A stretch of 64,000 nt of DNA, taken from assembly GCA_002269645.1 (NCBI GenBank), contig NIVC01000396.1, positions 1 through 64,000 of the forward strand. The letters run 5' to 3'. The notes below the pieces were generated by a model, which was not told the origin of the DNA, did no database searches, and saw nothing but the letters and a program-made list of their open reading frames with translations. Made by a program: the position numbers and the translations under genes. The stretch's first letter is position 1. The number at the start of each line of letters is the position of its first letter. Source of the DNA: Macrostomum lignano. Lineage: Eukaryota. Below are positions 40,029 to 51,651 of this stretch, in pieces.

Positions 40029-40453
40029 AGCGCATCTCCGCCGTCGCCGCCGTGGCCACCCGCGATTTCTGCAACCTGGCCGACCCGCGTAGCATCGCAT
40101 TCCGCGCCGGCGAGCATCTCACCGTGCTGGAGCGGACCAACGGCGACACCTGGAAGGGCTACGTGACCAGGGAGGGCCTCTCGAGGGCTGGCTACTTTCC
40201 CTGCTCCGCTGTGCGCTTGTTGGAGCAGCAGCAGCAGAAGCAACAGCATCAGCAGCGTCAGGATCCGCCAACCTGCCTGTCTGGCAGTCTAATGCACCAG
40301 TCCCAGCCTCATCAGATGCCGCCAGTCTCGCAGTCGACTCCGGCTAGCAACGCGGCCGTATCGCCAACCTCGGGTAGCAACAATCGGAACAGCGCGGCCA
40401 GCCTGGACAGCGGCCGGAGCAGCTCGCACACGGCGACCAGTTCCGATACGAGG
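40029..40453 (+). CDS. CASKIN: Caskin-like exon 9 (SH3 domain plus Q/S-rich linker)
   Basis: gtcgcag|AG; encodes AVATRDFCNLADPRSIAFRAGEHLTVLERTNGDTWKGYV...GYFPCSAV (SH3); donor AGG|GTGAGA. Confidence 0.9.
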
Positions 40454-40467
40454 GTGAGAGAACGCTC

Positions 40468-41125
40468 GCAGTTTCTTAGAATTCGGTTCATTAGTTATTT
40501 GTCAGGCTAGCAGTTTCCTAATTAGAATTCGGTTCATTAGTTATTTGTCAGGCTAGCAGTTTCCTAATTAGAATTCGGTTCATTAGTTATTTGTCAGGCT
40601 AGCAGTTTCCTAATTAGAATTCGGTTCATTAGTTATTTGTCAGGCTAGCAGTTTCCTAATTAGAATTCGGTTCATTAGTTATTTGTCAGGCTAGCAGTTT
40701 CCTAATTAGAATTCGGTTCATTAGTTATTTGTCAGGCTAGCAGTTTCCTAATTAGAATTCGGTTCATTAGTTATTTGTCAGGCTAGCAGTTTCCTAATTA
40801 GAATTCGGTTCATTAGTTATTTGTCAGGCTAGCAGTTTCCTAATTAGAATTCGGTTCATTAGTTATTTGTCAGGCTAGCAGTTTCTTAGAATTCGGTTCA
40901 TTAGTTATTTGTCAGGCTAGCAGTTTCTTAGAATTCGGTTCATTAGTTATTTGTCAGGCTAGCAATTTCCTAATTAGAATTCGGTTCATTAGTTATTTGT
41001 CAGGCTGGCAGTTTCTTAGAATTCGGTTCATTAGTTATTAGTCAGGCTGGCAGTTTCTTAGAATTCAGTTCATTAGTTATTTGTCAGGCTAGCAGTTTCT
41101 TAGAATTCAGTTCATTAGTTATTAG
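40468..41125. repeat. Caskin intron 9: 46-bp minisatellite (GCAGTTTCCTAATTAGAATTCGGTTCATTAGTTATTTGTCAGGCTA)n
   Basis: About 14 units, starting about 14 nt after the donor. Confidence 0.95.
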
Positions 41126-41194
41126 TTCCCTTAAAGACGCAATCAAGCTGGCATCGATTCCAACATTAATCTCCTGTGCTTCTCTCAAACGCAG

Positions 41195-41951
41195 AGCGCC
41201 GTCGCCTTGACGGCCTCCGGTCCCTCCGGCCCCGCCGGCCCCGCCGGCGCGAACTCTTCAACGGGCTCCGCTGCCGCAGCGGCCGCCGCCTCCGCCGGGA
41301 CCATGTGTTCGCGAGTCTTGAACAGCGCGACTAATACGCCACGTAGCGCCGCGGCACCGGCGGCCGCGAACGGATCTGTGGACTCCGGGCTCGGTCCGCA
41401 CCGGCAGAGCATGGTGAGCACCTGCTCATCCGGCAGTCTGGGCAGCCTGCCAGACGACAACAGCTCGGCTGCGTCAGTGAGCTCTGGCGAGCTGCAGTAC
41501 CAGCAGCAGCAGCAGCACGGCTGGCTGCGGGAGGACTGGCGCAGTCTGACCAGCAGCCAGCAGCTGCACAGGTTCTTAGACTGGTGCCAGCTCGCCTGTT
41601 ACCATCGCTCCATTGAGGAGGCCGGCTACGACCTCGCCACGCTGGTCCGCTGCACTCCTGAGGATCTCAATGCCGCCGGGGTCACCAACCCGCGGCACAG
41701 GAAGCGCCTGCGGTCCGATCTGGCGCGGCTTGGCCAGGCCATGCAGGCCGGCCAGGCGCCCGGCGGCCTGCCCGACCCTATTGAGGACGCCGCCTGCCTG
41801 ACCGCCGATGCCGCCCTGACGGAACTCTGCTGCCGCCTGGGCCTGCCGGATACCGCCTCTGCCTGCCTGCGGCGTGCCGGCTTCCAGCTGGTTAGGGACC
41901 TCGGCCAGATGGCCTGGGAGGATCTGGAGGAGATCGGCATCAACAGGCTGG
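41195..41951 (+). CDS. CASKIN: Caskin-like exon 10 (SAM1 and most of SAM2)
   Basis: acgcag|AGC. SAM1 is LHRFLDWCQL...GYDLATLVRCTPEDLNAAGVTNPRHRKRL; SAM2 includes MAWEDLEEIGINRLG. Donor G|GTAAGG. Confidence 0.92.
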
Positions 41952-41974
41952 GTAAGGAGCGACATTTGAGCTGC

Positions 41975-43115
41975 CTTTCTAGTGAGAGCTGGGATCATCC
42001 ATCTCTAGTGAGAGCTGGGATCACCTATTTCTAGTGAGACCTGGGATCATCCATCTCTAGTGAGAGCTGGGATCATCCATTTCTTGTGAGAGCTGGGATC
42101 ATCCATTTCTAGTGAGAGCTGGGATCATCCATTTCTAGTGAGAGCTGGGATCATCCATTTCTAGTGAGAGCTGGGATCATCCATTTCTAGTGAGAGCTGG
42201 GATCATCCATTTCTAGTGAGAGCTGGGATCACCTATTTCCAGTGAGAGCTGGGATCATCCATCTCTAGTGAGAGGTGGGATCATCCATCTCTAGTGAGAG
42301 CTGGGATCATCCATTTCTAGTGAGAGCTGGGATCACCTATTTCTAGTGAGAGCTGGGATCACCTATTTCTAGTGAGAGCTGGGATCACCTATTTCTAGTG
42401 AGAGCTGGGATCACCTATTTCTAGTGAGAGCTGGGATCACCTATTTCTAGTGAGAGCTGGGATCATCCATCTCTAGTGAGAGCTGGGATCATCCATCTCT
42501 AGTGAGAGCTGGGATCATCCATTTCTAGTGAGAGCTGGGATTATCCATTTCTAGTGAGAGCTGTGTTCACCTATTTCTAGTGAGAGCTGGGATCATCCAT
42601 CTCTAGTGAGAGCTGGGATCACCTATTTCTAGTGAGAGCTGGGATCACCTATTTCTAGTGAGAGCTGGGATCATCCATCTCTAGTGAGAGCTGGGATCAT
42701 CCATCTCTAGTGAGAGCTGGGATCACCTATTTCTAGTGAGAGCTGGGATTATCCATTTCTAGTGAGAGCTGTGTTCACCTATTTCTAGTGAGAGCTGGGA
42801 TCATCCATCTCTAGTGAGAGCTGGGATCACCTATTTCTAGTGAGAGCTGGGATCACCTATTTCTAGTGAGAGCTGGGATCACCTATTTCTAGTGAGAGCT
42901 GGGATCACCTATTTCTAGTGAGAGCTGGGATCATCCATCTCTAGTGAGAGCTGGGATCACCTATTTCTAGTGAGAGCTGGGATCACCTATTTCTAGTGAG
43001 AGCTGGGATCACCTATTTCTAGTGAGAGCTGGGATCACCTATTTCTAGTGAGAGCTGGGATCACCTATTTCTAGTGAGAGCTGGGATCACCTATTTCTAG
43101 TGAGAACTGGGATCA
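41975..43115. repeat. Caskin intron 10: 26-bp minisatellite (TTCTAGTGAGAGCTGGGATCATCCAT)n
   Basis: About 44 units. Confidence 0.95.
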
Positions 43116-43189
43116 TTCTCAGCTAAAGCTTCTATTTAATTTCTCCTAGCGCAAGCATAACTACTTAGAAATTTTTCCCGTCATCACAG

Positions 43190-43378
43190 GTCACCAGAAG
43201 AAGCTGATGCTAGTCATCGACCGGCTCAGACGGCCAAGGCACGGGCCGGAATCTGACCAGAATCAGCCAGACCAACAGCAGGGGACGCTGCGCAGACAGT
43301 CGGCAAAGAGCACCGTGTCCTGCGGCACCTGCACCAGCTCGGACTCCATTGCTGTGCAGCCGGACCCGTTCCTTGCAG
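43190..43378 (+). CDS. CASKIN: Caskin-like exon 11 (end of SAM2)
   Basis: atcacag|GT CAC; GHQKKLMLVIDRLR completes the SAM motif LGHQKKLML; donor G|GTGAGC. Confidence 0.9.
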
Positions 43379-43829
43379 GTGAGCTGACGATCTGTGTGCA
43401 GCACATGCGTAGGCCAAACATTATAATAGAATTCAAAACTATCTGCAAAGCCGATCAGCTGATGATGAATAAACTAATTCCAAATCCTAGCCGCAGCGGA
43501 AATTGCTCAGAGCTCTGCGCTTGGGCTGCTGACATTCAGGCCCAGCCACCGGCTCTCTGCCCGTCGCTATGCAGTTCTTGGTAGTTTGAGATCAGTTTTT
43601 ATCATATATATTTATAATACAGTGCGATTCTAATTATCCTTTTCTTAATAACAACTCGGCCGTCAGCCGCCAGAAAGTAACCGATTTTTTACGACCTCTG
43701 TTGCTAGGAAACATTTGAGCACAGCTGTATTTACTGATTGAACTATATGCGTTTTTTCACCGCCTCACTACCAGCGTGTTAAAAACCTGTCATTTTAAAC
43801 CGAATTTTTAAAGCTCAGGAGCATTGGAT

Positions 43830-44485
43830 TCTGGGATATTGGATCTAGCATTGGGATCTTGGATCTGGCATTGGGATCTTGGATCTGGCATTGGGATCTT
43901 GGATCTGGCATTGGGATCTGGGATCTAACATTTGAGATCTGGGATCTGGAATTGGGATTTTTGATCTGGAATTGGGATCTGGGATCTGGCATTGGGATCT
44001 GGGATCTGGCATTGGGATCTGGGATCTAGCATTGAGATCTAGGATCTGGCATTGGGATCTTGGATCTGGAATTGGGATCTGGGATCTAGCATTGGGATCT
44101 TGGATCTGGCATTGGGATCTGGGATCTAGCATTGAGATCTTCTGGGATCTGGCATTGGGATCTGGGATCTGGCATTGGGATCTTGGATCTGGCATTGAGA
44201 TCTGGGATCTAGCATTGGGATCTGGGATATTGGATCTAGCATTGGGATCTGGGATCTGGCATTGGGATCTGGAATCTGAGATCTGGCATTGGGATCTGGG
44301 ATCTAGCATTGGGATCTGGGATCTGGCATTGGGATCTGGAATCTGAGATCTGGGATCTAGCATTGGGATCTAGGATCTAGCATTGGAATCTGGAATCTGG
44401 CATTGGTATCTGGGATCTAGCATTGGGATCTGGGATCTAGCATTGGAATCTGGGATCTGGCATTGGAATCTGGGATCAAGCATCG
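43830..44485. repeat. Caskin intron 11: about 20-bp minisatellite (GGGATCTGGGATCTGGCATT)n
   Basis: Tandem GGGATCT/GGCATT modules. Confidence 0.93.
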
Positions 44486-44537
44486 GGATTAGGGATATAA
44501 ATTCAGCCCCCCCCCCCTAATATTTCCCAACGTGCAG

Positions 44538-45078
44538 CAGCCGAATCGCAGCAGCAGCCGCCCCAGTCGCCGCCGCAGCCGTCTTGTCACTCGCGCAGCT
44601 TCAGCGGCAGCGGCGCCGCCCAGCAGTCGGTGAAGTTGCTCGGCCGGCCAATTCCAGTTGCTGTGCTGGAGGTGCCGCCGCAGCAGCCGCCACCGACTCC
44701 GCAGCGTGGGGCGCCGCCGCCGCCACCGAAGCGGGTGACTTCGGTCCGCCGCTGCTCAGGCGACGCCGGCTCCGTCACGCCGTGCGCCTCGCCGAGCACC
44801 ACGCCGCGCCACCAGGCGGCCCGGCCGCCAGCCTACGAGAACGCCGCCGCCCTCGCTGATTCGCCCGCACTCGCCCGCCTGGGTGCCGCCGCCTCGGCGA
44901 TGCCCTTCGCCAACGAGGACTGCGGCACCATCCGGCACAAGCCGGCCTCCGCTTCCATCGCCGCCGCGGTCGCTTCGCCTCAGTTTGGCCGGGCCGCCCT
45001 GTTCCAGCAGCACCGGCAGCACCAGCACCAGCTGCATCACCAGCTGCAGCACCTGCCCGCCTCGCCAGCCTTTGCCAG
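44538..45078 (+). CDS. CASKIN: Caskin-like exon 12 (proline-rich region)
   Basis: Tandem acceptor gtgcag|CAG|CC; contains PPPPPKR and MPFANEDCGTIRHKP (Caskin-family PFA.E..TI+ motif); donor AG|GTACGA. Confidence 0.82.
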
Positions 45079-45174
45079 GTACGAGGAATGAAAGATGCTA
45101 AATAGATATCATAGCGGTAATGCGCCAGACTTTTGCGTCCAAAGAGCCTTGCATGATTCACGCCCTTGAGGGCC

Positions 45175-45710
45175 GGGTAGAGTGTACATGTGTGACGATG
45201 AGAGAGTCAGGTAGAGTGTACATGTGTGACGATGAGAGAGTCAGGTAGAGTGTACATGTCTGATGATGAGAGAGTCAGGTAGAGTGTACATGTCTGATGA
45301 TGAGAGAGTCAGGTAGAGTGTACATGTCTGATGATGAGAGGTTCAGGTAGAGTGTACATGTCTGATGAGAGTCAGGTAGAGTGTACATGTGTGACGATGA
45401 GAGAGTCAGGTAGAGTGTACATGTGTGACAATGAGAGAGTCAGGTAGAGTATACATGTGTGACGATGAGAGGGTCAGGTAGAGTGTACATGTGTGACGAT
45501 GAGAGGGTCAGGTAGAGTGTGCATGTGTGACGATGAGAGGGTCAGGTAGAGTGTACATGTGTGATGATGAGAGGTTCAGGTAGAGTGTACATGTGTGACG
45601 ATGAGAGAGTCAGGTAGAATGTACATGTGTGACGGTGAGAGAGTCAGGTAGAGTGTACATGTGTGACGGTGAGAGAGTCAGGTAGAGTGTACATGTGTCA
45701 TGATGAGAGG
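45175..45710. repeat. Caskin intron 12: 34-bp minisatellite (GAGAGTCAGGTAGAGTGTACATGTGTGACGATGA)n
   Basis: About 16 units, ending about 24 nt before the last acceptor. Confidence 0.95.
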
Positions 45711-45733
45711 GCGAACCGCCCAACAACCTGCAG

Positions 45734-45920
45734 GCGCGTCCCGGCCTCTGCCGCTGCCGCCGCCGCTGCCGCTCCGCCGACGCCAAGCCGCTGGGTGCTG
45801 CAGCCGCCGCCGCCTCGCGAGGACCCGGCCCCGAACCTGGACGACATCTGCGGCATGCTGTCCGAGCTGCAGTGCGACCTTGACCGCGAGCTGCAGGAGT
45901 TCGGCCAGAGGAAGGGCTGA
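45734..45920 (+). CDS. CASKIN: Caskin-like exon 13 (C-terminal helix)
   Basis: cctgcag|G CGC; NLDDICGMLSELQCDLDREL resembles the Caskin C-terminal LDDIGSMFDDLADQLDAML motif; stop TGA at 45918-45920. Confidence 0.85.
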
Positions 45921-46559
45921 ATTGCAAATGAGTTCAACTCTGTTAATATCCCAGTGCCCTTGTTGTGTCATGCTTGTTTTTTACGAGCTACTATCGAAAT
46001 TCTCCTTTTTACCTGTTTATTTCAAACCTGACGACCCCCCCTCTCTCTCTCTTCATACAGATTTCTCTGTCATTTTTTCATTAGTTTTGTTCATTAGCGT
46101 GTAGTTTACTTGTTAGCTTCGCTTTCAACGAAATAAGCAGGTAGTTCAAAGTATGCAAAAATGCATTAAGATTCTGTTTGTTTGTTTGTTTGTTGTTATC
46201 TGTTGTTGTTTTGTTGTTTTTATTGTTTGTGTGGACCAGAAGTTTGTGGCAGCCATTTCAGTGTTGTGCGTCTATATAACAGTGGCTCGTGTACTGTTTT
46301 ATAATATTTTCTTTAATTTTTTTCAAACTTTGACACCTTGTCATTTTAGTAACAGACAGTTTAAGTCTACACTCTCAATCAACCTTATTTATGTTCTTAG
46401 TAATGCTAACACTGTTATCTGTAAATACTGCCTACTGCTTGTGCTATTTATATTTTTTTGATTAATTTTAAATCATTCACTTGTGCTTACAATCAGTGAA
46501 CTGCTGATCACCAAGTTCTTGTTCAATTCCCACATCTTCCACATATTCAACTAATTCAT

Positions 46560-47350
46560 CTATCTACCCTGATCCCCCGTCTATCTACCCTGATCTCCCT
46601 GTCTATCTACCCTGATCTCCCTGTCTATCTACCCTGATCTCCCTGTCTATCTACCCTGATCTCCCAGTCTATCTACCCTGATCTCCCTGTCTATCTACCC
46701 TGATCTCCCAGTCTATCTACCCTGATCTCCCAGTCTATCTACCCTGATCTCCCTGTCTATCTACCCTGATCTCCCTGTCTATCTACCCTGATCTCCCAGT
46801 CTATCTACCCTGATCTCCCTGTCTATCTACCCTGATCTCCCAGTCTATCTACCCTGATCTCCCAGTCTATCTACCCTGATCTCCCAGTCTATCTACCCTG
46901 ATCTCCCTGTCTAACTACCCTGATCTCCCAGTCTATCTACCCTGATCTCCCTGTCTATCTACCCTGATCTCCCTGTCTATCTACCCTTAGATCTCCCTGT
47001 CTATCTACCCTTAGATCTCCCTGTCTATCTACCATTAGATCTCCCTGTCTATCTACCATTAGATCTCCCTGTCTATCTACCCTGATCTCCCTGTCTATCT
47101 ACCCTGATCTCCCTGTCTATCTACCCTGATCTCCCAGTCTATCTACCCTGATCTCCCTGTCTATCTACCCTGATCTCCCTGTCTATCTACCCTTAGATCT
47201 CCCTGTCTATCTACCCTTAGATCTCCCTGTCTATCTACCATTAGATCTCCCTGTCTATCTACCATTAGATCTCCCTGTCTATCTACCCTGATCTCCCTGT
47301 CTATCTACCCTGATCTCCCTGTCTATCTACCCTGATCTCCCAGTCTATCC
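46560..47350. repeat. 22-bp minisatellite (CTATCTACCCTGATCTCCCTGT)n downstream of the Caskin-like gene
   Basis: About 36 units. Confidence 0.95.
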
Positions 47351-48012
47351 ACCCTAGTCTTGCCTGTCCCCGCTTGCAATCAATCTAGTCTGTCTACACA
47401 CTGAGCCGCACCCCCCCCCCCTGTACAGTTGCCCAAGTCTGTGCTTGCAGCCAGACAGGCAGTTTCGAACTCGAATTACCCCAGTCACCCATTGGCAATT
47501 GCACCTGGCATGCGAAACAGTCTGTTTTTAAACACTTTAACTCTTGTCTTCTATTTGCTTCTCTGCCCACTAGAAGTTTTCACTGTTAAAAACAACAATT
47601 ATTAAATGTTTATTGCGCTTGTTGAGCGCGCAGATTCTCAGTTGATGTTTCAGAAACCCAGAAGCTGTTGTAAATACTCGATCGGTAGCAATCCTTTTTG
47701 TTTACCTAAAATGCGGAACAGTTTAACAAAATATAGCAATTTTTTGAAGCGCAGACTGCAACTGTCTCTGCCTGAATGCTTGCGGCCCTAATAAAGCTGT
47801 CCTGTTTATCTGTTTCATTCTAGAAGCAAAGACTTTAGCTGGTGACTTTTTGGCTTTTTCAATTTCTCTTCTATTAATATTCTTGGTTTTTTATATAGGT
47901 TTTTTACTTAAATTTACTCTACTGACTACTGTCAGTAACAAGTCTCGAATTTTTTACTAATTTGCATGCTTGTTCAAGTTTAACGAAAAAACCTCCACTG
48001 CCAACTTCGAAT

Positions 48013-48034
48013 ATGGTCTATCACTACAAAACTG
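48013..48034 (+). CDS. GSTO: Omega-class glutathione S-transferase, exon 1
   Basis: ATG GTC TAT CAC TAC AAA ACT G|GTAAAT (MVYHYKTG). Phase 1 matches the exon 2 acceptor and resembles the GSTO N-terminal H-x-x-x-G motif. Confidence 0.7.
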
Positions 48035-48064
48035 GTAAATCTTTTCGGTTAATTTGGGGTGTAT

Positions 48065-48520
48065 TCTGGATGGAGAGGAGAGGCTGGTATCAGTTGGCAA
48101 CTCGGCAGTACAAAATGATGGAGAGGAGAGGCTGGAAGCACATGGCAGCTAGGCAAAAAATGATTTGGAAGCAAATGGAATTCGGCTTCAAAGGATGGAG
48201 AGGAGAGGCTCGAAGCAAATGGCAACTCGGATTATCATGCAAATGATGGAGAGAAGAGGCTGGAAGCTGATGGCAACTCGGCAAAAAAGGATGGAGAGGA
48301 GAGGCTGGAAGCAAATGACAACTCGGCTGCAAATGACGGAGAGGAGAGTCTGGAAGCAGATGGCAACTCGGCAGTACAAAGGATGGAGAGGAGAGGCTGG
48401 AAGCAGATGGCAACTCGGCAGTACAAAGGATGGAGAGGAGAGGCTGGAAGCAGATGGCAACTCGGTAGTAAAGGATGGAGAGGAGAGGCTGGAAGCAGAT
48501 GGCAACTCGGCAGCAAATAT
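48065..48520. repeat. GST intron: about 47-bp minisatellite (GATGGAGAGGAGAGGCTGGAAGCAGATGGCAACTCGGCAGTACAAAG)n
   Basis: About 9 diverged units. Confidence 0.9.
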
Positions 48521-48658
48521 TTAGGGTTGGGCGAGGCTTGGGCGATGCAGAGTAACAGAGCCAGTGTAGACACGAATTAAAATGTGTCACCACTATTGTC
48601 TACTTTTAGTAGGCGAGCGTGTTTTTTATTCTAATTTTTTTGTTTAAAAAATCTGCAG

Positions 48659-49341
48659 GCGACGCCCGCCCGGAGCTGCCAGCCGGCGAGGACGCCCTGG
48701 TGCTGTTCGAATCGAAATTCTGCCCGTTCTGCCAGCGGGTGGTCCTGGCGCTGAACCAGCGCGGCATTCCCTACCAGTCGGTGTACATCAACTTGTCCGC
48801 CAAGCCCGAATGGTTCGCCGAAATCAACCCAGGCGGCAAGGTGCCCGTGCTGATGATGGGGTCTCAGAGGCTGGTCGACTCCCTCATGATCTGCCGCTAC
48901 GTTGACGAGCTGCCGTCTGGCGGCGTCTCGGAGGCCCAGCTGTGCAGCAATGCGGATGCCGAGCGGCTGGCCCTGGCCTGGCTGGGCGAGTTCTTCCCGC
49001 CCATGCACGACCTCATGACTCGGCCGGATGAGGCTCCGGAGAAGCTGGAGCAGGTTACGGCCGCCATGCGCCAGTTTGGCGAGCGCCTCGGCCCCAAGCC
49101 TTTCATTGGCGGCGCTCAGACTGTCGGCCTGGCCGACCTGATCGCCTATCCGGCCGTTGCCATAGCAACCGGTCTGGCCGGCGTGCTCGACTGTCCGGAG
49201 CCGGCTGCCAGCGATACGGCTCTGGCCGGCTGGCTGGCCGAGATGCAGGCAGTGAAGGCGACGTCGGCGGCCACCAAGCCGGTCGAATGGGGCGCCTTTC
49301 TCAAGAGCCTGCGGGCCGGCAACCCGGACTACTCAGTGTGA
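48659..49341 (+). CDS. GSTO: Omega-class (GSTO/DHAR-like) glutathione S-transferase, exon 2
   Basis: ctgcag|GC. Encodes FCPFCQRVVLAL, YINLSAKPEWFAEINPGGKVPVL, LVDSLMICRYVDE and a C-terminal GLADLIAYP segment (N-capping-box-like); stop at 49339-49341. Confidence 0.92.
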
Positions 49342-49484
49342 GCTGGCCAGCCTCTCAGCGCTGGCTTCATCAGCACCTGAGTTCAGCTATTTTTCAAGAC
49401 TGTACTGTTATAGGAGATGAAATATGAAGTATTTTTGTTACTTGGAGTTTAGTGGAGTTGTAGCCATGGAAACTAAAAGGTACA

Positions 49485-49905
49485 GTGTCTAGTCCTGTTG
49501 GTACATCGGTAGTGCAGTATCCATGGTAACTAGCTCTGTTGCTATATGGGTAGTGCAGTAGCCATGGTAACTAGCCCTGTTGCTAGTTGGGTAGTGCAGT
49601 ATCCATGGTAACTAGCTCTGTTGCTATATGGGTAGTGCAGTATCCATGGTAACTAGCTCTGTTGCTATATGGGTAGTGCAGTATCCATGGTAACTAGCCC
49701 TGTTGCTATATGGGTAGTGCAGTATCCATGGTAACTAGCCCTGTTGCTATATGGGTAGTGCAGTAGCCATGGTAACTAGCCCTGTTGCTAGTTGGGTAGG
49801 GCAGTATCCATGGTAACTAGTCCTGTTGCTATGTAGTGAATGTCGTATCCATGGTAACTAATCCGGTTGCTTTTTGGACTATTTCGTTTCCATGGTAACA
49901 AATCC
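49485..49905. repeat. 41-bp minisatellite (GTAGTGCAGTATCCATGGTAACTAGCCCTGTTGCTATATGG)n
   Basis: About 9-10 units downstream of the GST stop. Confidence 0.9.
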
Positions 49906-50916
49906 TGTTGCGATACAGGGAGGCCTGTATTCATAGTGACTAGTTGCTATGGGGGGAATATCCAGAGTAAACTGGTTCTCTAGCTACATTATAACAGTTT
50001 TATAAATTTATAGGAACGGGTCGTATCCATGGTAACAACTATTTTCAATTTACCATTTTCTTAGTCCTAAAAACAGAGATGCTTTGCAGATGGATGTTTT
50101 TGTCGGCAATCAAATTTATGCGGTAACTACTGACTGATAGATCAGTTTGTTGTTTGCTTTCCGTGTGTCTAAAAACATTAGATATTAATATAAATTGTTG
50201 TTTTCATTCACAATCGTATTATATTCCAGATTGCGCTGCAAATGAGGATTTCCTAGCATCCGGTTTTGCAGCTGCAAGCTTTTTTGTGGAATTTTTTCTT
50301 ATTTTAATTGCAAATTTTCAGCTACTCACTACTAATTAGTAGTTTGCGCGCTTTCTAACAAAGCTTCGAAATTGTATTTCTAACTTTTTTGTTGTTTATT
50401 AGTTAATTTAACTGTTATTCTATTTTCAGTAGGAAGCAGTGCAAATGAACATAAAATTATATTATTTATATTAAAAACGCTTCCGTCTGGCTTTAAGCAG
50501 TTATAGTTGAGTAGATAAGTAGTGTGAGCCGCAGACCCCATTGATCATCTTATAAGACAATTAATTATATTGCCACCCGTTTACTGCGGTCCAGTTGTTT
50601 GTTGTCTGCTAATTGTAGTTCAAGCTGGCATTATGTCGAATAACAATATACTCGTATATTATATTTAATAATAGACTGGCTCTACTAAACAGTCAGAGGA
50701 TAATCATTGAATTGATTACGTAATCGTTTTATTAATGACGAACTTTCATTTCTACGAATAAGCTTTGATTGATAGATTTGACACGGATTGACACGGAGAG
50801 ATTGCGCTTAGTTCGTATCGTATGAAGTTATTTTATGTGTGAATCGACACTTCGAACGCATGGAGTGCATGTTAACTCTGCCAAATCATTGGCTATCGAG
50901 GCTTGCTTCAGAGATC

Positions 50917-51614
50917 CTAGCGTAGCGTCACGGCCAGCTTGTCAGCAAGGCGGAAACTGGTCTCAAGCGGCACGTCCGGCTGCGTGCTGTACACCAGCCG
51001 CGGCGGCGAGGTCATGTTGCCGCCGGCCCAGTCGACAGCGCAGCCGTCGGTTACGTCGAGAGCTACCATGAGTCCAAGATCACCCGGGCAGCCGCCGTAA
51101 AACTAGTGAATGAACCAGCGGCGCTGTCCACTAGCATCGCCAGCAATGCTGAAGAATTGGAAGGTCCTGCTGGCGAGGTCGGTTAACGGGCCAGCTGGCC
51201 TTCAGCCGGTCCCGAGAGAACCAGTTGGTCCTGTTCAGCTCGTGAGGCGACGCCGAGAGGTCCAATGTGACCTTCAGGACGACGGAGTCGGCGACGGAGA
51301 GCTGGACGACGGCCTCCTTGAAGGTGAGCTTCGGCGCTACGGTGGGCAGCTGGTCGATGGCGCTGGCGCGGAACAGGTCGGGCAGGAGGCTGGCGGAGCC
51401 GGGCGCGCCCCGGACGGCGGAGTCGTTGCTGTGGCTCGGCGAGTCGACCAGGTCGAACGACTTGACGCCGACGCCCGCTCGGATGCTCAGCGCGAGGAAG
51501 CCGCGCTCGGCGACGTCGCAGGACACGAGGCAGCGGCGAACTGCGACTCCGTGAAGCAGCCGGGCCCAGCAGCAGCGTCAGGCACGTCAGGAGCGGCACC
51601 CTCACATGCGCCAT
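50917..51614 (-). pseudogene. Inverted pseudogene copy of the secreted Cys-rich protein family
   Basis: Homologous to 59473-60396. It has a frameshifting deletion in the signal-peptide region, an internal deletion of about 200 bp, a +1 insertion (GTTAACCGAC versus GTCACCGAC, about 51184) and an in-frame TAG (WFIH*FYGGC). Confidence 0.88.
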
Positions 51615-51651
51615 GTCTGTCGTACAGTGGATTACGTTAGAATCAACTTAA

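Noticed and set aside
45787-45810. PSRWVLQ in the last Caskin exon resembling the CASK-binding ExIWVxR motif
   Set aside because: Only WVL matches; the Glu, Ile and Arg are missing and the position differs from the vertebrate Caskin1 CASK-interaction domain.
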